A stretch of DNA of 64,000 bases. Origin: an uncultured Nitrospiraceae bacterium. GTDB taxonomy: Bacteria; Nitrospirota; Nitrospiria; Nitrospirales; Nitrospiraceae. The notes below the pieces were generated by a model, which saw only the letters and a program-made list of their open reading frames with translations, did no database searches and was not told where the DNA came from. The stretch is taken from assembly GCA_963730935.1 (NCBI GenBank), contig CAVSTP010000004.1, positions 1,152,001 to 1,216,000 of the forward strand, read 5' to 3'. Shown one piece after another: positions 21,335 through 30,805 of this stretch (position 1 is its first letter; every line of letters starts with the position of its first letter). The position numbers were made by a program, and so were the translations under genes.

Positions 21335-21886
21335 TCATCGCGCCAGACAAAGATCCAGATCAATGGACGCTGGAGCGACACTGTCTGCATTAATTTCAAT
21401 CGCGACGGCACGCTGAATAAGAGTGATGCTCAGAACCAGACGGGCATGTCTTGCCTCGCGCACTAGACGACCTTTTACACCTTGTAGTGGGCCATGCACG
21501 ACTTCAACGAGCATGCCTTCCTTGAGATACGGATGATACGCGAATTCTGACGAATTATTTAGGACTTTCCTCAACGAATCGATTTCTTCATCCGGGATTG
21601 GCTCAGCTCGCGCTGCAGATCCGACAAAGCACACCACACCTTGAGATTGAAGCACCGTGAGCCGATCCGCCCAACGCAATCTTGCAAAGCAGTATCCTGG
21701 AAAGAGCGGAACCTCCACCTCCTTTTTCCTATCCGACCATTGGTTGAGTCGCTTTGTCGTAGGGAGGAAGTGCTCAATATTTCGTCTTGCCAACTGGTCA
21801 CGAACGAGTTTTTCATGCCGAGAGAGAGTCCGAACCGCAAACCAGGAGGAACGGTCAGAGTCATCGCTATACGGGACCACAACCAT
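21335..21886 (-). CDS. UpxY/RfaH/LoaP-type NusG-family transcription antiterminator
   Basis: WFAVRT..RHEK, WSDRKK...PLFPGYCF, KOW motif GPLQGVKG. First gene of the long operon. Confidence 0.9.
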   Translation of the reverse strand: MVVVPYSDDSDRSSWFAVRTLSRHEKLVRDQLARRNIEHFLPTTKRLNQWSDRKKEVEVPLFPGYCFARLRWADRLTVLQSQGVVCFVGSAARAEPIPDEEIDSLRKVLNNSSEFAYHPYLKEGMLVEVVHGPLQGVKGRLVREARHARLVLSITLIQRAVAIEINADSVAPASIDLDLCLAR

Positions 21887-22429
21887 AGCTTCGCCCTCTC
21901 AGTCCCATCAGGACTTTCCCAAGTTTAGTTAGGGATCATGGAACACCTTGCTCACTTAGAGGATTAGAAACATAAAGAAATTTTCCGGTCACTGCATCGG
22001 ATGATTGTGTTTGGCTACCATTGTATGGTTTCTGCCCCTCAAAGGAGGTACTCACGTGTCTGTCGGCTGGTTTGTCGAACTGATACCGTTTTGACCGTAG
22101 CATCATAACAGGGTATTTCATAAGCAAAAGGGCATATTCTACTCGATCCCACCTGTTTGAATCTTCCGTCGACTGACATTCTGCTCAAATCGGGACATTT
22201 CAAGGTAAGGCACATTAGTGCTAAGTTATTTTACTTGGTCGAGCGGTCCACTATCTTTTTTTGACTCCTCATTTCTCGTCAGATGATATAGGGTATTAGC
22301 CGAAGTATCTACACGGGTAAACACGTTATTCGGTACCCCTTGCCCAATTAGCTCAAATATGCCTATGAAGTCTGCTATGAGTACACAATTGAGCGGGCGT
22401 GTGGGACAGGATATGTATGAGGAACCTTC

Positions 22430-23119
22430 ATGGTAAATATCTTCATCGTCGGTGACAGCCATATTACACGGTCTGGCCTGCGAAGAATTCTTGAAACTCA
22501 GACGGCTATTCGTGTTCTCGGTGAAGTCAGCGTTAGGCGAGCCAGTGCAGAGACCGTTCTTCGCCACCATCCTGATGTCGTTCTTGTCGACCTTGATCCT
22601 CAAGGTGCCGATGTCCTGGGCCTCATCGGCAAATTACTCGAAGCGACAGATGGCGCAGCCATATTAGTACTGAGTGATCTCACTGAACATGAGCTGGCTC
22701 GCAAAGCGCTGAGGCTTGGTGCGTCCGGGATTGTGCTCAAGATGCAACCACCAGCCGTGCTGATGGCAGCAATCCGGGAACTGTGTCCGACGCATCGCGA
22801 TGATTCAACACCAAGGATTGGTGCAACGAAGGATCTGCACATTGCAAAAGACCGTAAAATGCTCCAGCTCTCCGACGACACAAAAGACCTGAACAAGGTA
22901 AATAGCTTGACTGCCCGCGAGCGAGAGATCATCTGGCTGATCGGGCTGGGATTAAAGAATAAGGATATTGCGAATCGGCTTTCTATCAGCGACATCACTG
23001 TTCGTCACCATCTCACGAGTATCTTCTGTAAGCTTGAGGTTGAGAATCGCCAGAAATTGCTCATTCTCGCCCACCGTTATGGACTTGCGGATCTTTCAGT
23101 GGGCTCCGAACCTGCCTGA
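22430..23119 (+). CDS. NarL/LuxR-family response regulator
   Basis: REC domain (PDVVLVD, VLS, GASGIVLK) plus HTH LTAREREI...GLKNKDIA.RL.IS..TVRHH. Confidence 0.9.
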   Translation: MVNIFIVGDSHITRSGLRRILETQTAIRVLGEVSVRRASAETVLRHHPDVVLVDLDPQGADVLGLIGKLLEATDGAAILVLSDLTEHELARKALRLGASGIVLKMQPPAVLMAAIRELCPTHRDDSTPRIGATKDLHIAKDRKMLQLSDDTKDLNKVNSLTAREREIIWLIGLGLKNKDIANRLSISDITVRHHLTSIFCKLEVENRQKLLILAHRYGLADLSVGSEPA

Positions 23120-23267
23120 ACCGCTTGTAACGCCTGTTTCTTCATGCCGCCTTCTCACTCTTAGAAGAGCATGGAAGTGCTCGGCTCGCTTACTGACTCA
23201 TGAACCTCTAAGCGATAGTTGTGCGCAGCCTTGCTCCAGAATTGTTCGCGCAAGCCGACTCGTCCGC

Positions 23268-23400
23268 TTATCGCCGTGCTAACAGGAAGTTTTCAATATC
23301 GACGGCGATCTGTTCGGCCTTCAATCGATGGGCTTGAGAATTGAGGCGAGAATCTACCCGAGAGATCAATGAAGATGTATTTCCCTTACCGAGCGACCTG
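23268..23400 (-). pseudogene. Possible degraded 3' end of an SGNH-hydrolase/acyltransferase gene
   Basis: KYIFIDLSGRF in one frame and DSRLNSQAHRLKAEQIA in another resemble the SGNH 'FIDL...DxHxNxxGHxxxA' C-terminus. Confidence 0.25.
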
Positions 23401-23485
23401 CACCGAGTAGTAATTCGATCACTTATGTGTCTTGGGGATGATACCGTTATCTGTGAGGGTAACCGGTATCCGCACACTCGTCGGC

Positions 23486-24859
23486 CTAATGGAATCGGTC
23501 CGGCAAACCAACGATGACGCATTGAGCAATCAGATCCTCCATCTCTGTTGTGCGTTTTCGAGACGACAAGTCCTTCAGAATCCGAGAAGAAATGGATACG
23601 CTTTCCGGTTCATACTTCCTACAGTCGCCATCTTCTTGCTGATACCAGCTGGAGGGGAAGGTGTGGCGGTAGACGGTGTCGCCGGAGCCATTTCGGTCAT
23701 TAGTCGAAGGCTTGTACAAGGGATTGATCCCAAGCATCCCTTGAGCATGTGGCCAGTCTGCGAACGGCCCTCGATCAACCAGGAGCTCCTCGCGATTTGT
23801 TGCGACGATCGAAAACCAGGGCGCCTGCTCAATGCTCTGCCTTTCGCTTGACCGTGCGAGCGCAGGCCCGCACTTCTTGATGTACCGGTCGATTACTTCA
23901 GTATTGTTGATCAATCGATGTGGCAAGGGATCAAATAGCTTCCCATACGCGTGATAGGGCACGATCATGGCTATCGGATACTTCTCTGGTTCGACCAATC
24001 CATTGCGAATGCCTGGGATGACAATGAGTCCCTCCCTGTCGACGACTCGTCGGAGTTCCCTGGTGCACACCACCTTGTTAGGCACCATAAAAAGCGTGTC
24101 AGATGAGTAGACAGTTGAAAAGAACCCACTCCTGAACGGCAACGAAGTATTACCGTCGCAGCACACGTATAACGCATCTGGCGCCAGAAAATTCTTGGCG
24201 ATATACACACGCACGAAATCCAGATCAACGCCGATGATAGGTTGAGGCCCTACTCTTCGGACTAAATGACAAGTGAGATGACCGAATCCACAGCCGAAAT
24301 CCAACACCGGTCCTCGAGGAGACTCGATGACGGTCATCAAAGACAAAGACACTAACTGGCGAGGCTGACCGAAACGATGCATCATGGCATGGTAATCTTT
24401 GCTCTGGTCCCTCATCCCAAAGCACATATTTAAATATTCCGCGGCTGTTTTTCTTTCTGGTCCCGCCGCGAGGAACTCTCGTCGAGACTTGGCCCAAGTA
24501 GACATTGCGACCTTCCCGAAGAGATTCCTGATTCTGCCCATTCCCTTGATCTTAGGAAAATGCTGTGACCATGCCGGCGCCAATTCCTCAAGAGCGGGTG
24601 CAGGAGGCATAGTCACTGCAAGCAGTGCATCCTGATGCCTTCCCGATATGATGAGCTCGCTGACAGTTCGGGTGGTCTCACCGCTGTTGCCGATGATCCC
24701 CTTTCGAATAATGGGGATTCCCGCCACAACAGGGTATTTCTCACAATAGCAGCTCAACACCGCATACTGGCAATCATCCGGCTTTCCCTCGACTGAGCTG
24801 ACGGTAAATTCTCCAGAGCAAAACGGGCAAGACAGTGCATCTAAGAGAAACTTGTTCAT
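23486..24859 (-). CDS. Class I SAM methyltransferase with N-terminal Trm112-like Cys-rich domain, copy 1
   Basis: LSCPFC...LSCYCEKYPVVAGIPII, VLDFGCGFGHL, LPFRSGFFS.V. Confidence 0.85.
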   Translation of the reverse strand: MNKFLLDALSCPFCSGEFTVSSVEGKPDDCQYAVLSCYCEKYPVVAGIPIIRKGIIGNSGETTRTVSELIISGRHQDALLAVTMPPAPALEELAPAWSQHFPKIKGMGRIRNLFGKVAMSTWAKSRREFLAAGPERKTAAEYLNMCFGMRDQSKDYHAMMHRFGQPRQLVSLSLMTVIESPRGPVLDFGCGFGHLTCHLVRRVGPQPIIGVDLDFVRVYIAKNFLAPDALYVCCDGNTSLPFRSGFFSTVYSSDTLFMVPNKVVCTRELRRVVDREGLIVIPGIRNGLVEPEKYPIAMIVPYHAYGKLFDPLPHRLINNTEVIDRYIKKCGPALARSSERQSIEQAPWFSIVATNREELLVDRGPFADWPHAQGMLGINPLYKPSTNDRNGSGDTVYRHTFPSSWYQQEDGDCRKYEPESVSISSRILKDLSSRKRTTEMEDLIAQCVIVGLPDRFH

Positions 24860-25198
24860 GGTGATCGCCTCCGGATAACCCTGGATTACTATTTACCCTT
24901 CATCGAGGGAAGGGAGGTCAGTTCTACCTGGTTTGTTTGGGACCCTTTTCCCAATTCTATGATATGGGCAGGAACTGTGCAAGTTCGTGGCAGAAATCGT
25001 TCCGTGTGTTTCCCGCAACTGCCCTTCGCCTAACTATAGGAGGAACCTTGAAAATTTCTGACATGGCCAGGAAGATTCGAGATCTTCAATCCGATGCAGG
25101 GCGGCCTGGTCCTACGGCACAAGCTTTCCGTTCGTGTATGCCATCTCAGGCCGTTGTAGTTGGGCCACAGTTTCCTGCCCCTTAATAATCTATTTCAC

Positions 25199-25500
25199 TC
25201 AGATTCTATCGATCACTCTTTGTCGCACGGACAAGTCTGCGAGAGTGCCGATGTCGATATGACTGCCATCGGGAAACGGCACGAATTCGACCGGCATTCT
25301 GCTCTCTACAGCCGCTCGGAACACTGCGCCAACCGGCACATCTCCTTGTGCGTCAATTCGGAGGTCTGCGCAGAAATTATTCTTATCGGATCTCATGAAT
25401 TCATGCAGAAAGCGAGTAAATTCCGGATTCCAGACCGCGCTAGCCCAGGCATACTCCAGCTGAGTCGTTTCGGGCTTGAGCACGACTGGCTGAACACGGC
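25199..25500 (-). pseudogene. 5'-truncated sugar nucleotidyltransferase remnant
   Basis: RVQPVVLKPETTQLEYAWASAVWNPEF...VGAVFRAAVE...HIDIGTLADL aligns with the C-terminal third of 33366-34163 (RVKSLTIKPRHTHLQYTWGVAVWNSTF...IGDVIQSAIN...YIDIGTVEDL). Confidence 0.8.
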
Positions 25501-25668
25501 GGTGAGTGCGAGATCACAAGGCTCATCGGACATGGATTGAAAAATAAGGAATTCGCCAATCGCCTTTCCATCAGCGACATCACTGTTCGTCACCATCTCC
25601 AGAAATTGCTTATACTAGCGCACCGATATGGCCTCGCAGATCTTTCAGTTAGCACGGAAACGACCTGA
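25501..25668 (+). pseudogene. 5'-truncated, internally deleted copy of the LuxR HTH of the 22430-23119 regulator
   Basis: Translates as GECEITRLIGHGLKNKEFANRLSISDITVRHHL-QKLLILAHRYGLADLSVSTETT*. It lacks the 12 codons TSIFCKLEVENR of the intact gene. Confidence 0.9.
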
Positions 25669-25814
25669 GTCACCCAACCTCCTTCTCAGCCGTTACCCTG
25701 AGCGAGAACTGCAATTTGCGCTGCTGACTCCTGCCTTTGGGAGAGAGAGCGCGCGCGCTGCCATGTTGGGTAGAGATGCAATTGAAGACTTTGGGGACCT
25801 ATCGACGTCGCCTC

Positions 25815-27192
25815 CTAATGAAAGCGGTCTGGAATCCCCACAATGACACATCGAGCAATCAAATCCTCCATGTCTGCCGTGCGCTTTCCAACAGACAAGT
25901 CATTTAGGACCTGAGAAGATATAGAAACCTTATCCGGTTCATACTTCCTACAGTCGCCATCTTCTTGCTCATACCAACTCGACGGGAAGGTGTGCCGGTA
26001 CAAGGTCTGCCCTGTCCCGTTCCTGTGATCCTCATCAGGCTTATATAATGGATTGAGCTCAAGCCGACCTTCCGCATGCGGCCAATCGGCAAGGGGGCCA
26101 CGATCAACTAGCAGTTCCTCGCGCTTGGTTGCGACAATCGAAACCCATGGATCGTTGTCAAGAACGTGCTTCGCGCTTGAGCGCGATATGGCCGGCCCGC
26201 ACTTCTTCACGTATTGGTCCAGCACATCACCGCTGGAAAGAATACGATGAGGCACATCATCGAAGAATCGTGTATAGCAATAATGTGGTAACGCCATGTT
26301 TATTGGGATATTTGTCAGGGTCGACCAATCCATTTCGTATCCCTGCGACTATAAGCAATCCATCGCTGTCCACTACGCGCTTAAGTTCCTTCGTACAAAG
26401 GGCCTTGCTGGTCACCATAAAAAGCGTGTCAGATGTGTACGCTACAGAGAAAAATTCATTAGAAAAAGGCAACGGAGCATCGCCGTCAGTGCAAATATAG
26501 AGAGCATCAGGCGCCAAAAAGTTTTTGGCCACGTAGAGCCTTATAAATTCTCGGTCAGCTCCGATTATCGGTTGGTGGCCGACTCTGAGCGGTAGATGTC
26601 GCGTCAGATGACCAAACCCGCATCCGAAATCCAGCACTGGCTTGCGAGGAGAGTCGATTAATGTCATCAACGACAAGGCGACGAGGTGGCGCGGCTGACC
26701 AAAACGATTGACGAAATAACTGTATTCTGTTTGCTTTAACTCGGAGTGTAGAAAATGAAAATCGAAGTAATCTTTTGCTGTTCTCCCCTGCGGACCTGCT
26801 GTAAGGAAGTCCTCTGCATGCTTTCTCCAACGAGGGATTGCAAACCTTCCTGCTACACTTCTGATTCTGCCCATTCCTCTGAGCTGTGGAAGCCGTTGTA
26901 GCCATTTCGGTGCCAAATTTGCAGTTGCTGGATCTTTCGGCACAGCCATTGCCAGTAAAGCGTCTTCGTTCCTCCCCGCTTCGATGAGGTAGCTCACGGC
27001 GCGTGCAGTTTCACCTCTGCTCCCAACGACACCCTTGCGGATAATGGGAATGCCGGCAACCACCGGATAACGCTCGCAGTAGCAACTCAATACGGCATAT
27101 TCCCAATGGTGCAAATGGGCGTCACCCTTGGTAACAATCAGTCTTTTGAGGCAAAAGGGACAGTGCAGAGCGTCTAAGAGATACTTGTCCAT
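25815..27192 (-). CDS. Class I SAM methyltransferase with Trm112-like domain, copy 2 (frameshift ~26305)
   Basis: Collinear with copy 1 (CPFC, LSCYCERYPVVAGIPII, VLDFGCGFGHL, HTFPSSWY.QEDGDCRKYEP, PDRFH*). One extra C in a C3 run. Confidence 0.85.
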
Positions 27193-27216
27193 TTGATCTT
27201 CTCGAGTGGAGCTATC

Positions 27217-28140
27217 CTACCGTTGAGCTCTCACTGACGGAAGGGGAGTAAGATGTACCGAGGGATGGGGCTGCATACCTCGGACCACATCAAAATAGCG
27301 ACGTTGCAGCGTACTGAGGATGGGTGATTTTTCCGACAATGCCAAACCCTCAATCGTTGATACCAACGTCACCTCGTGAAGGGTTCCGCAGAGACCTATT
27401 TCATCAGCCACCAACAACTCAGTTCGGTCTATGGGGCGGCGCAGAAATCTGATACCCATGGATTGAGCCAGCAACTCCACAATATTGACGGAGATGCTTT
27501 CGAGTGCACCTTCCGTAGCCGGAGGTGTCACCACCGTTTCATCCCTAACCATAAGGAGACACGAAGCCGTTGCCTCCGCAACGCGACCCGACTGATTCAA
27601 GAGGACCATATCTTCGTAGCCCAATGGTCTGCCCTCGATTCTCGCAAGACGGGACACCTGGTAATTGCTGCCGGTTTTAATACGCGCAGGGAGTGCAACA
27701 TCACTGCTTCGGCGCCAGGTACTGACTCCAATCTTGATCGGTTCAGGCATTTTCTTTTCTTGATGAAAGGCAGTTAAAACCATATCTGAGATAGTGTTTT
27801 CTCCCCAATGGCCCTCAGTCACAAACAATGTCGAGCGCACCCACATGTCTCGGTCTGGGCTCGCGAGTGCCCCGACCAGTTGATCTACGGCGCTGAGATA
27901 CTCGTCAAAACTGTGCTGAAAGGGAATGTGCAACAGTCGAGCCGACCGCTTAAGACGCTCATAGTGTTGCCGGATCATGACGATCTTGAACTGCCCGTCA
28001 GTTTGCCAGTATCCCTTGAGCCCTTCAAAGACGTTTAGCCCTCTAGTCACAGCTTCACATCCAATATGGAGTGTAGCCTCTTCCCAGGAAACGAGCTTGC
28101 CATTCATATACGCACAAGATGGACGCTGCAGTTTTGCCAC
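27217..28140 (-). CDS. PLP fold-type IV aminotransferase (BCAT/D-amino-acid transaminase family)
   Basis: TRGLNVFEGLKGY, HYERLKRSA, ARIKTGSNY (catalytic Lys), AEATAS, LESIS, ADE..LCGT. GTG start with GAGGAG RBS. Confidence 0.88.
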   Translation of the reverse strand: MAKLQRPSCAYMNGKLVSWEEATLHIGCEAVTRGLNVFEGLKGYWQTDGQFKIVMIRQHYERLKRSARLLHIPFQHSFDEYLSAVDQLVGALASPDRDMWVRSTLFVTEGHWGENTISDMVLTAFHQEKKMPEPIKIGVSTWRRSSDVALPARIKTGSNYQVSRLARIEGRPLGYEDMVLLNQSGRVAEATASCLLMVRDETVVTPPATEGALESISVNIVELLAQSMGIRFLRRPIDRTELLVADEIGLCGTLHEVTLVSTIEGLALSEKSPILSTLQRRYFDVVRGMQPHPSVHLTPLPSVRAQR

Positions 28141-28188
28141 GGAATATCTCCTCTTGTATTTTTCAGATCGAGACAAGGCTTCGCTTCG

Positions 28189-29523
28189 CTATGTACCTTG
28201 TCGAGCTTCTGAAAGTAATCCACAATCCAGTAAGCTTCTTGCCGCGCTTTCAACGTCGTCAAAAGACACGCCGGCGCGGGTTGCGATATCCAATAACGAA
28301 TGTCGTCCATCTGACAAATTTAGCACCCATAATAGGGCCAGTTCTTTGTTCTGCTTCTCCTGCTGGCCTGCAATCGTTCTATATAGGCCTCGTCGACCCA
28401 ACTGGGGCTCCCCCTTCGGATTCTGATTCAGATACCTGCGATTATGTTCCAGTACTTCAATCGCCGAAAGGCACACTTGATAAGATTCGCCCAATGACGC
28501 CGGTTTGACAAAGTCGAGATCATCTGCGGACGAGTGATATTCCGGATACTCTCCATGGGGAGTTCGCATCAAGCATCCAACCGGAAGATTGAAGCCTGGA
28601 GAGCAGTACTGTCTTTCGTCATATCCATACGGTGAGAAATCCCTAACTGAATATAGTGCCCCTACATGCTCTAGGACATGAAGCATGGCGCGGTCGATTT
28701 CAGCTTGACCGTGTCGGCTTCGCTTGTACGTGATGTTCCCCCCATCCCCAACTCCCGTAAGGACGAGGCCGTGCTTGATACGAGAAACCATGTGTTCATT
28801 TCTCGCCAACCATGTGATGGAGCCAATAGTGGCCGGAATGAAGAGAAACCGATAGGAATATCGCCTGGGTCGAGATGCCAGTGTCTCCGCCAGCATGACC
28901 GCCACCGCGATACCCGAAAGGTTATCGTTGCACAGAGACGGATGGCACACATGGCATGAGATGAGAATTTCATCAGGAATCTCCCCGGGCAGATAAGATT
29001 CGCCGTAGGTCAATGAGCCGGGTCGAAGGCTTGAATCAATGACAACGTCATATTCCCCGACAGACAATTTTTCTAGGTCCGCGTGTCTGAGGCAAAAGCC
29101 CCAGTTCTCTTTGTAATACGACGTGCGATACGGGATCCAGTCCGGATGGTCTGGCAGAGTAAATAGATGAGGCTTGAGATCGTCAAGGTGCATTTTCTTT
29201 CGAATAGGGATGCTGTAACTCACCACGTGCAAATTGTGAGTTTTGAAATCGACAACTCGAGTCCCCGCGCGGTCCGTGATATGGGCGTCTGACACGTTCC
29301 ACTCCAGCGGAACCGTCCAATCGAATACTTTCGTTCCGCTTGGAACCTCGTGCACATTGAGGGGAATGCGCTTTTGGATTGTTCGGAGTGTCTCTCTTAC
29401 CCCTTCACCGGTGATACTACGGTAGATTGGATAGAGCTCCCGCATGAAATCATGCATCGCTCTACCAAAGACATCGAATTCAACTTTACTATTTGGATGA
29501 TCGTAATGCATTGGTATTGGCAT
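28189..29523 (-). CDS. DUF4910/DUF2172 aminopeptidase-like protein with C-terminal winged HTH
   Basis: RSITGEGVRETL, VFDWTVP.EW, IPYRTSYY, CHPSLCNDNLSG, GYDERQYCSPGFNLPV, EYHSSADD, KGEPQLGRRGLY. Confidence 0.9.
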   Translation of the reverse strand: MPIPMHYDHPNSKVEFDVFGRAMHDFMRELYPIYRSITGEGVRETLRTIQKRIPLNVHEVPSGTKVFDWTVPLEWNVSDAHITDRAGTRVVDFKTHNLHVVSYSIPIRKKMHLDDLKPHLFTLPDHPDWIPYRTSYYKENWGFCLRHADLEKLSVGEYDVVIDSSLRPGSLTYGESYLPGEIPDEILISCHVCHPSLCNDNLSGIAVAVMLAETLASRPRRYSYRFLFIPATIGSITWLARNEHMVSRIKHGLVLTGVGDGGNITYKRSRHGQAEIDRAMLHVLEHVGALYSVRDFSPYGYDERQYCSPGFNLPVGCLMRTPHGEYPEYHSSADDLDFVKPASLGESYQVCLSAIEVLEHNRRYLNQNPKGEPQLGRRGLYRTIAGQQEKQNKELALLWVLNLSDGRHSLLDIATRAGVSFDDVESAARSLLDCGLLSEARQGT

Positions 29524-29558
29524 TTCGTGCGACCGTCAGCATGCACGCGGCCTAAACA

Positions 29559-30794
29559 TCATGGGTACACTCTTACTGCAGGTATTGGGAGAACAAACTT
29601 CCCACCCCAATCGCGAACAAAAGCCATTTGTTGCATGATCTCGTCTCGAAGATTCCAAGGCATAATCAGCACATAGTCTGGACGGGTCAGACGAATGTGC
29701 TCGGGATCGTGTATAGGGATATGAACACCGGGGATGAAATGACCTTGTTTATGTGGACTTCGATCTACGATGTAATCGACAAAATCCGTCCTTACCCCAC
29801 AATAATTTAACAAGGTGCTGGCCTTCGCAGCCGCCCCATATGCCACGACTGATTTTCGACTTCGTTTCGCTTCAATCAGGAAGGACAACAACGCCCGCTT
29901 TGTCTCCGCAACTCCTTCGGAAAAGGAGAGATACGTCTCAATCCTAAGAAAACCATGCTCCTCTTCTCTCCTCTTGAGGTCGGCTAGACGTGCGCTTGGG
30001 GCCTTGGACTGGTCTTCCCTATGGCAAGCGTAGATCCTCAACGAACCTCCGTGTGTCGAAATTTCTTCAACATCGAATACAGCAAGTCCGTGTCTCGCAA
30101 AAACTTTTTCGACTGTGCTGAGCGAAAAATAGGAGAAGTGCTCATGATAGATGGTGTCGAACTGATTATCTGCCATGAGCCGCATAAGATGAGGAAATTC
30201 CATTGTGACGACGCTTCGAGGACCAAGCAGGATCTTAAGTCCTTGGACGAAATCATTGAGATCAGGCACGTGCGCCAATACGTTATTGCCAATTATGAGA
30301 TCAGGCTGTCTGCCATGCCCCACTAATTCCTGTGCTGTTTGGGAACCGAAAAACTTCACGAGTGTGGCGACGCCATTCTTGATAGCTACCTCCGCCACGT
30401 TTTTTGCCGGCTCAATACCCATCACCGGTATTCCTCGTGCGACAAAATTCTTCAACAGATACCCATCATTACTCGCAATCTCGACGACATAACTCTGAGT
30501 CCCTAACTTAAATCGGTCGACAACCATGTCCACATATGTTTTTGCGTGTCGCAGGAACATTTCCGAGTAGGAAGAAAAGTATGCGTAGTCTGAAAAGATT
30601 TGGTCAGGACTCTCAAATTGGTCGAGTTGAACCAGGAAACATTGGTCGCAAACATGTGCTCGAAGCGGATAGAACGGCTCCATTTGACTAAGCTGGTAAG
30701 ATTTTAGGTAGGAATTGGCCATTGGCGACATGCCGAGATCGATGAAAACATGCTGCAAGACCCTTCCACAAAATCGGCAGCCCCCACTGTCCAT
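29559..30794 (-). CDS. NDP-sugar C-methyltransferase (TcaB9/KijD1/NovU type)
   Basis: Zn site CRFC...CDQC, EIASNDGYLL, NVLAHVPD, FDTIYHEHFSY, HGGSLR, YGAAAK..TLLNYCG. Confidence 0.92.
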   Translation of the reverse strand: MDSGGCRFCGRVLQHVFIDLGMSPMANSYLKSYQLSQMEPFYPLRAHVCDQCFLVQLDQFESPDQIFSDYAYFSSYSEMFLRHAKTYVDMVVDRFKLGTQSYVVEIASNDGYLLKNFVARGIPVMGIEPAKNVAEVAIKNGVATLVKFFGSQTAQELVGHGRQPDLIIGNNVLAHVPDLNDFVQGLKILLGPRSVVTMEFPHLMRLMADNQFDTIYHEHFSYFSLSTVEKVFARHGLAVFDVEEISTHGGSLRIYACHREDQSKAPSARLADLKRREEEHGFLRIETYLSFSEGVAETKRALLSFLIEAKRSRKSVVAYGAAAKASTLLNYCGVRTDFVDYIVDRSPHKQGHFIPGVHIPIHDPEHIRLTRPDYVLIMPWNLRDEIMQQMAFVRDWGGKFVLPIPAVRVYP

Positions 30795-30805
30795 ATCATT
30801 CTCCC

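Noticed and set aside
24978..24993. Sigma54-like TGCCACGAACTTGCA on the minus strand upstream of methyltransferase copy 1
   Set aside because: It lacks the invariant GG and the spacing is one base short.
25741..25758. (GA)n(GC)n dinucleotide tract
   Set aside because: Short, single and intergenic between convergent remnants; no evidence of function.
3600..26310. Programmed frameshifting or phase variation at the split genes
   Set aside because: The runs are only 3-5 nt with no slippery heptamer or long SSR. Scattered single indels fit consensus error better.
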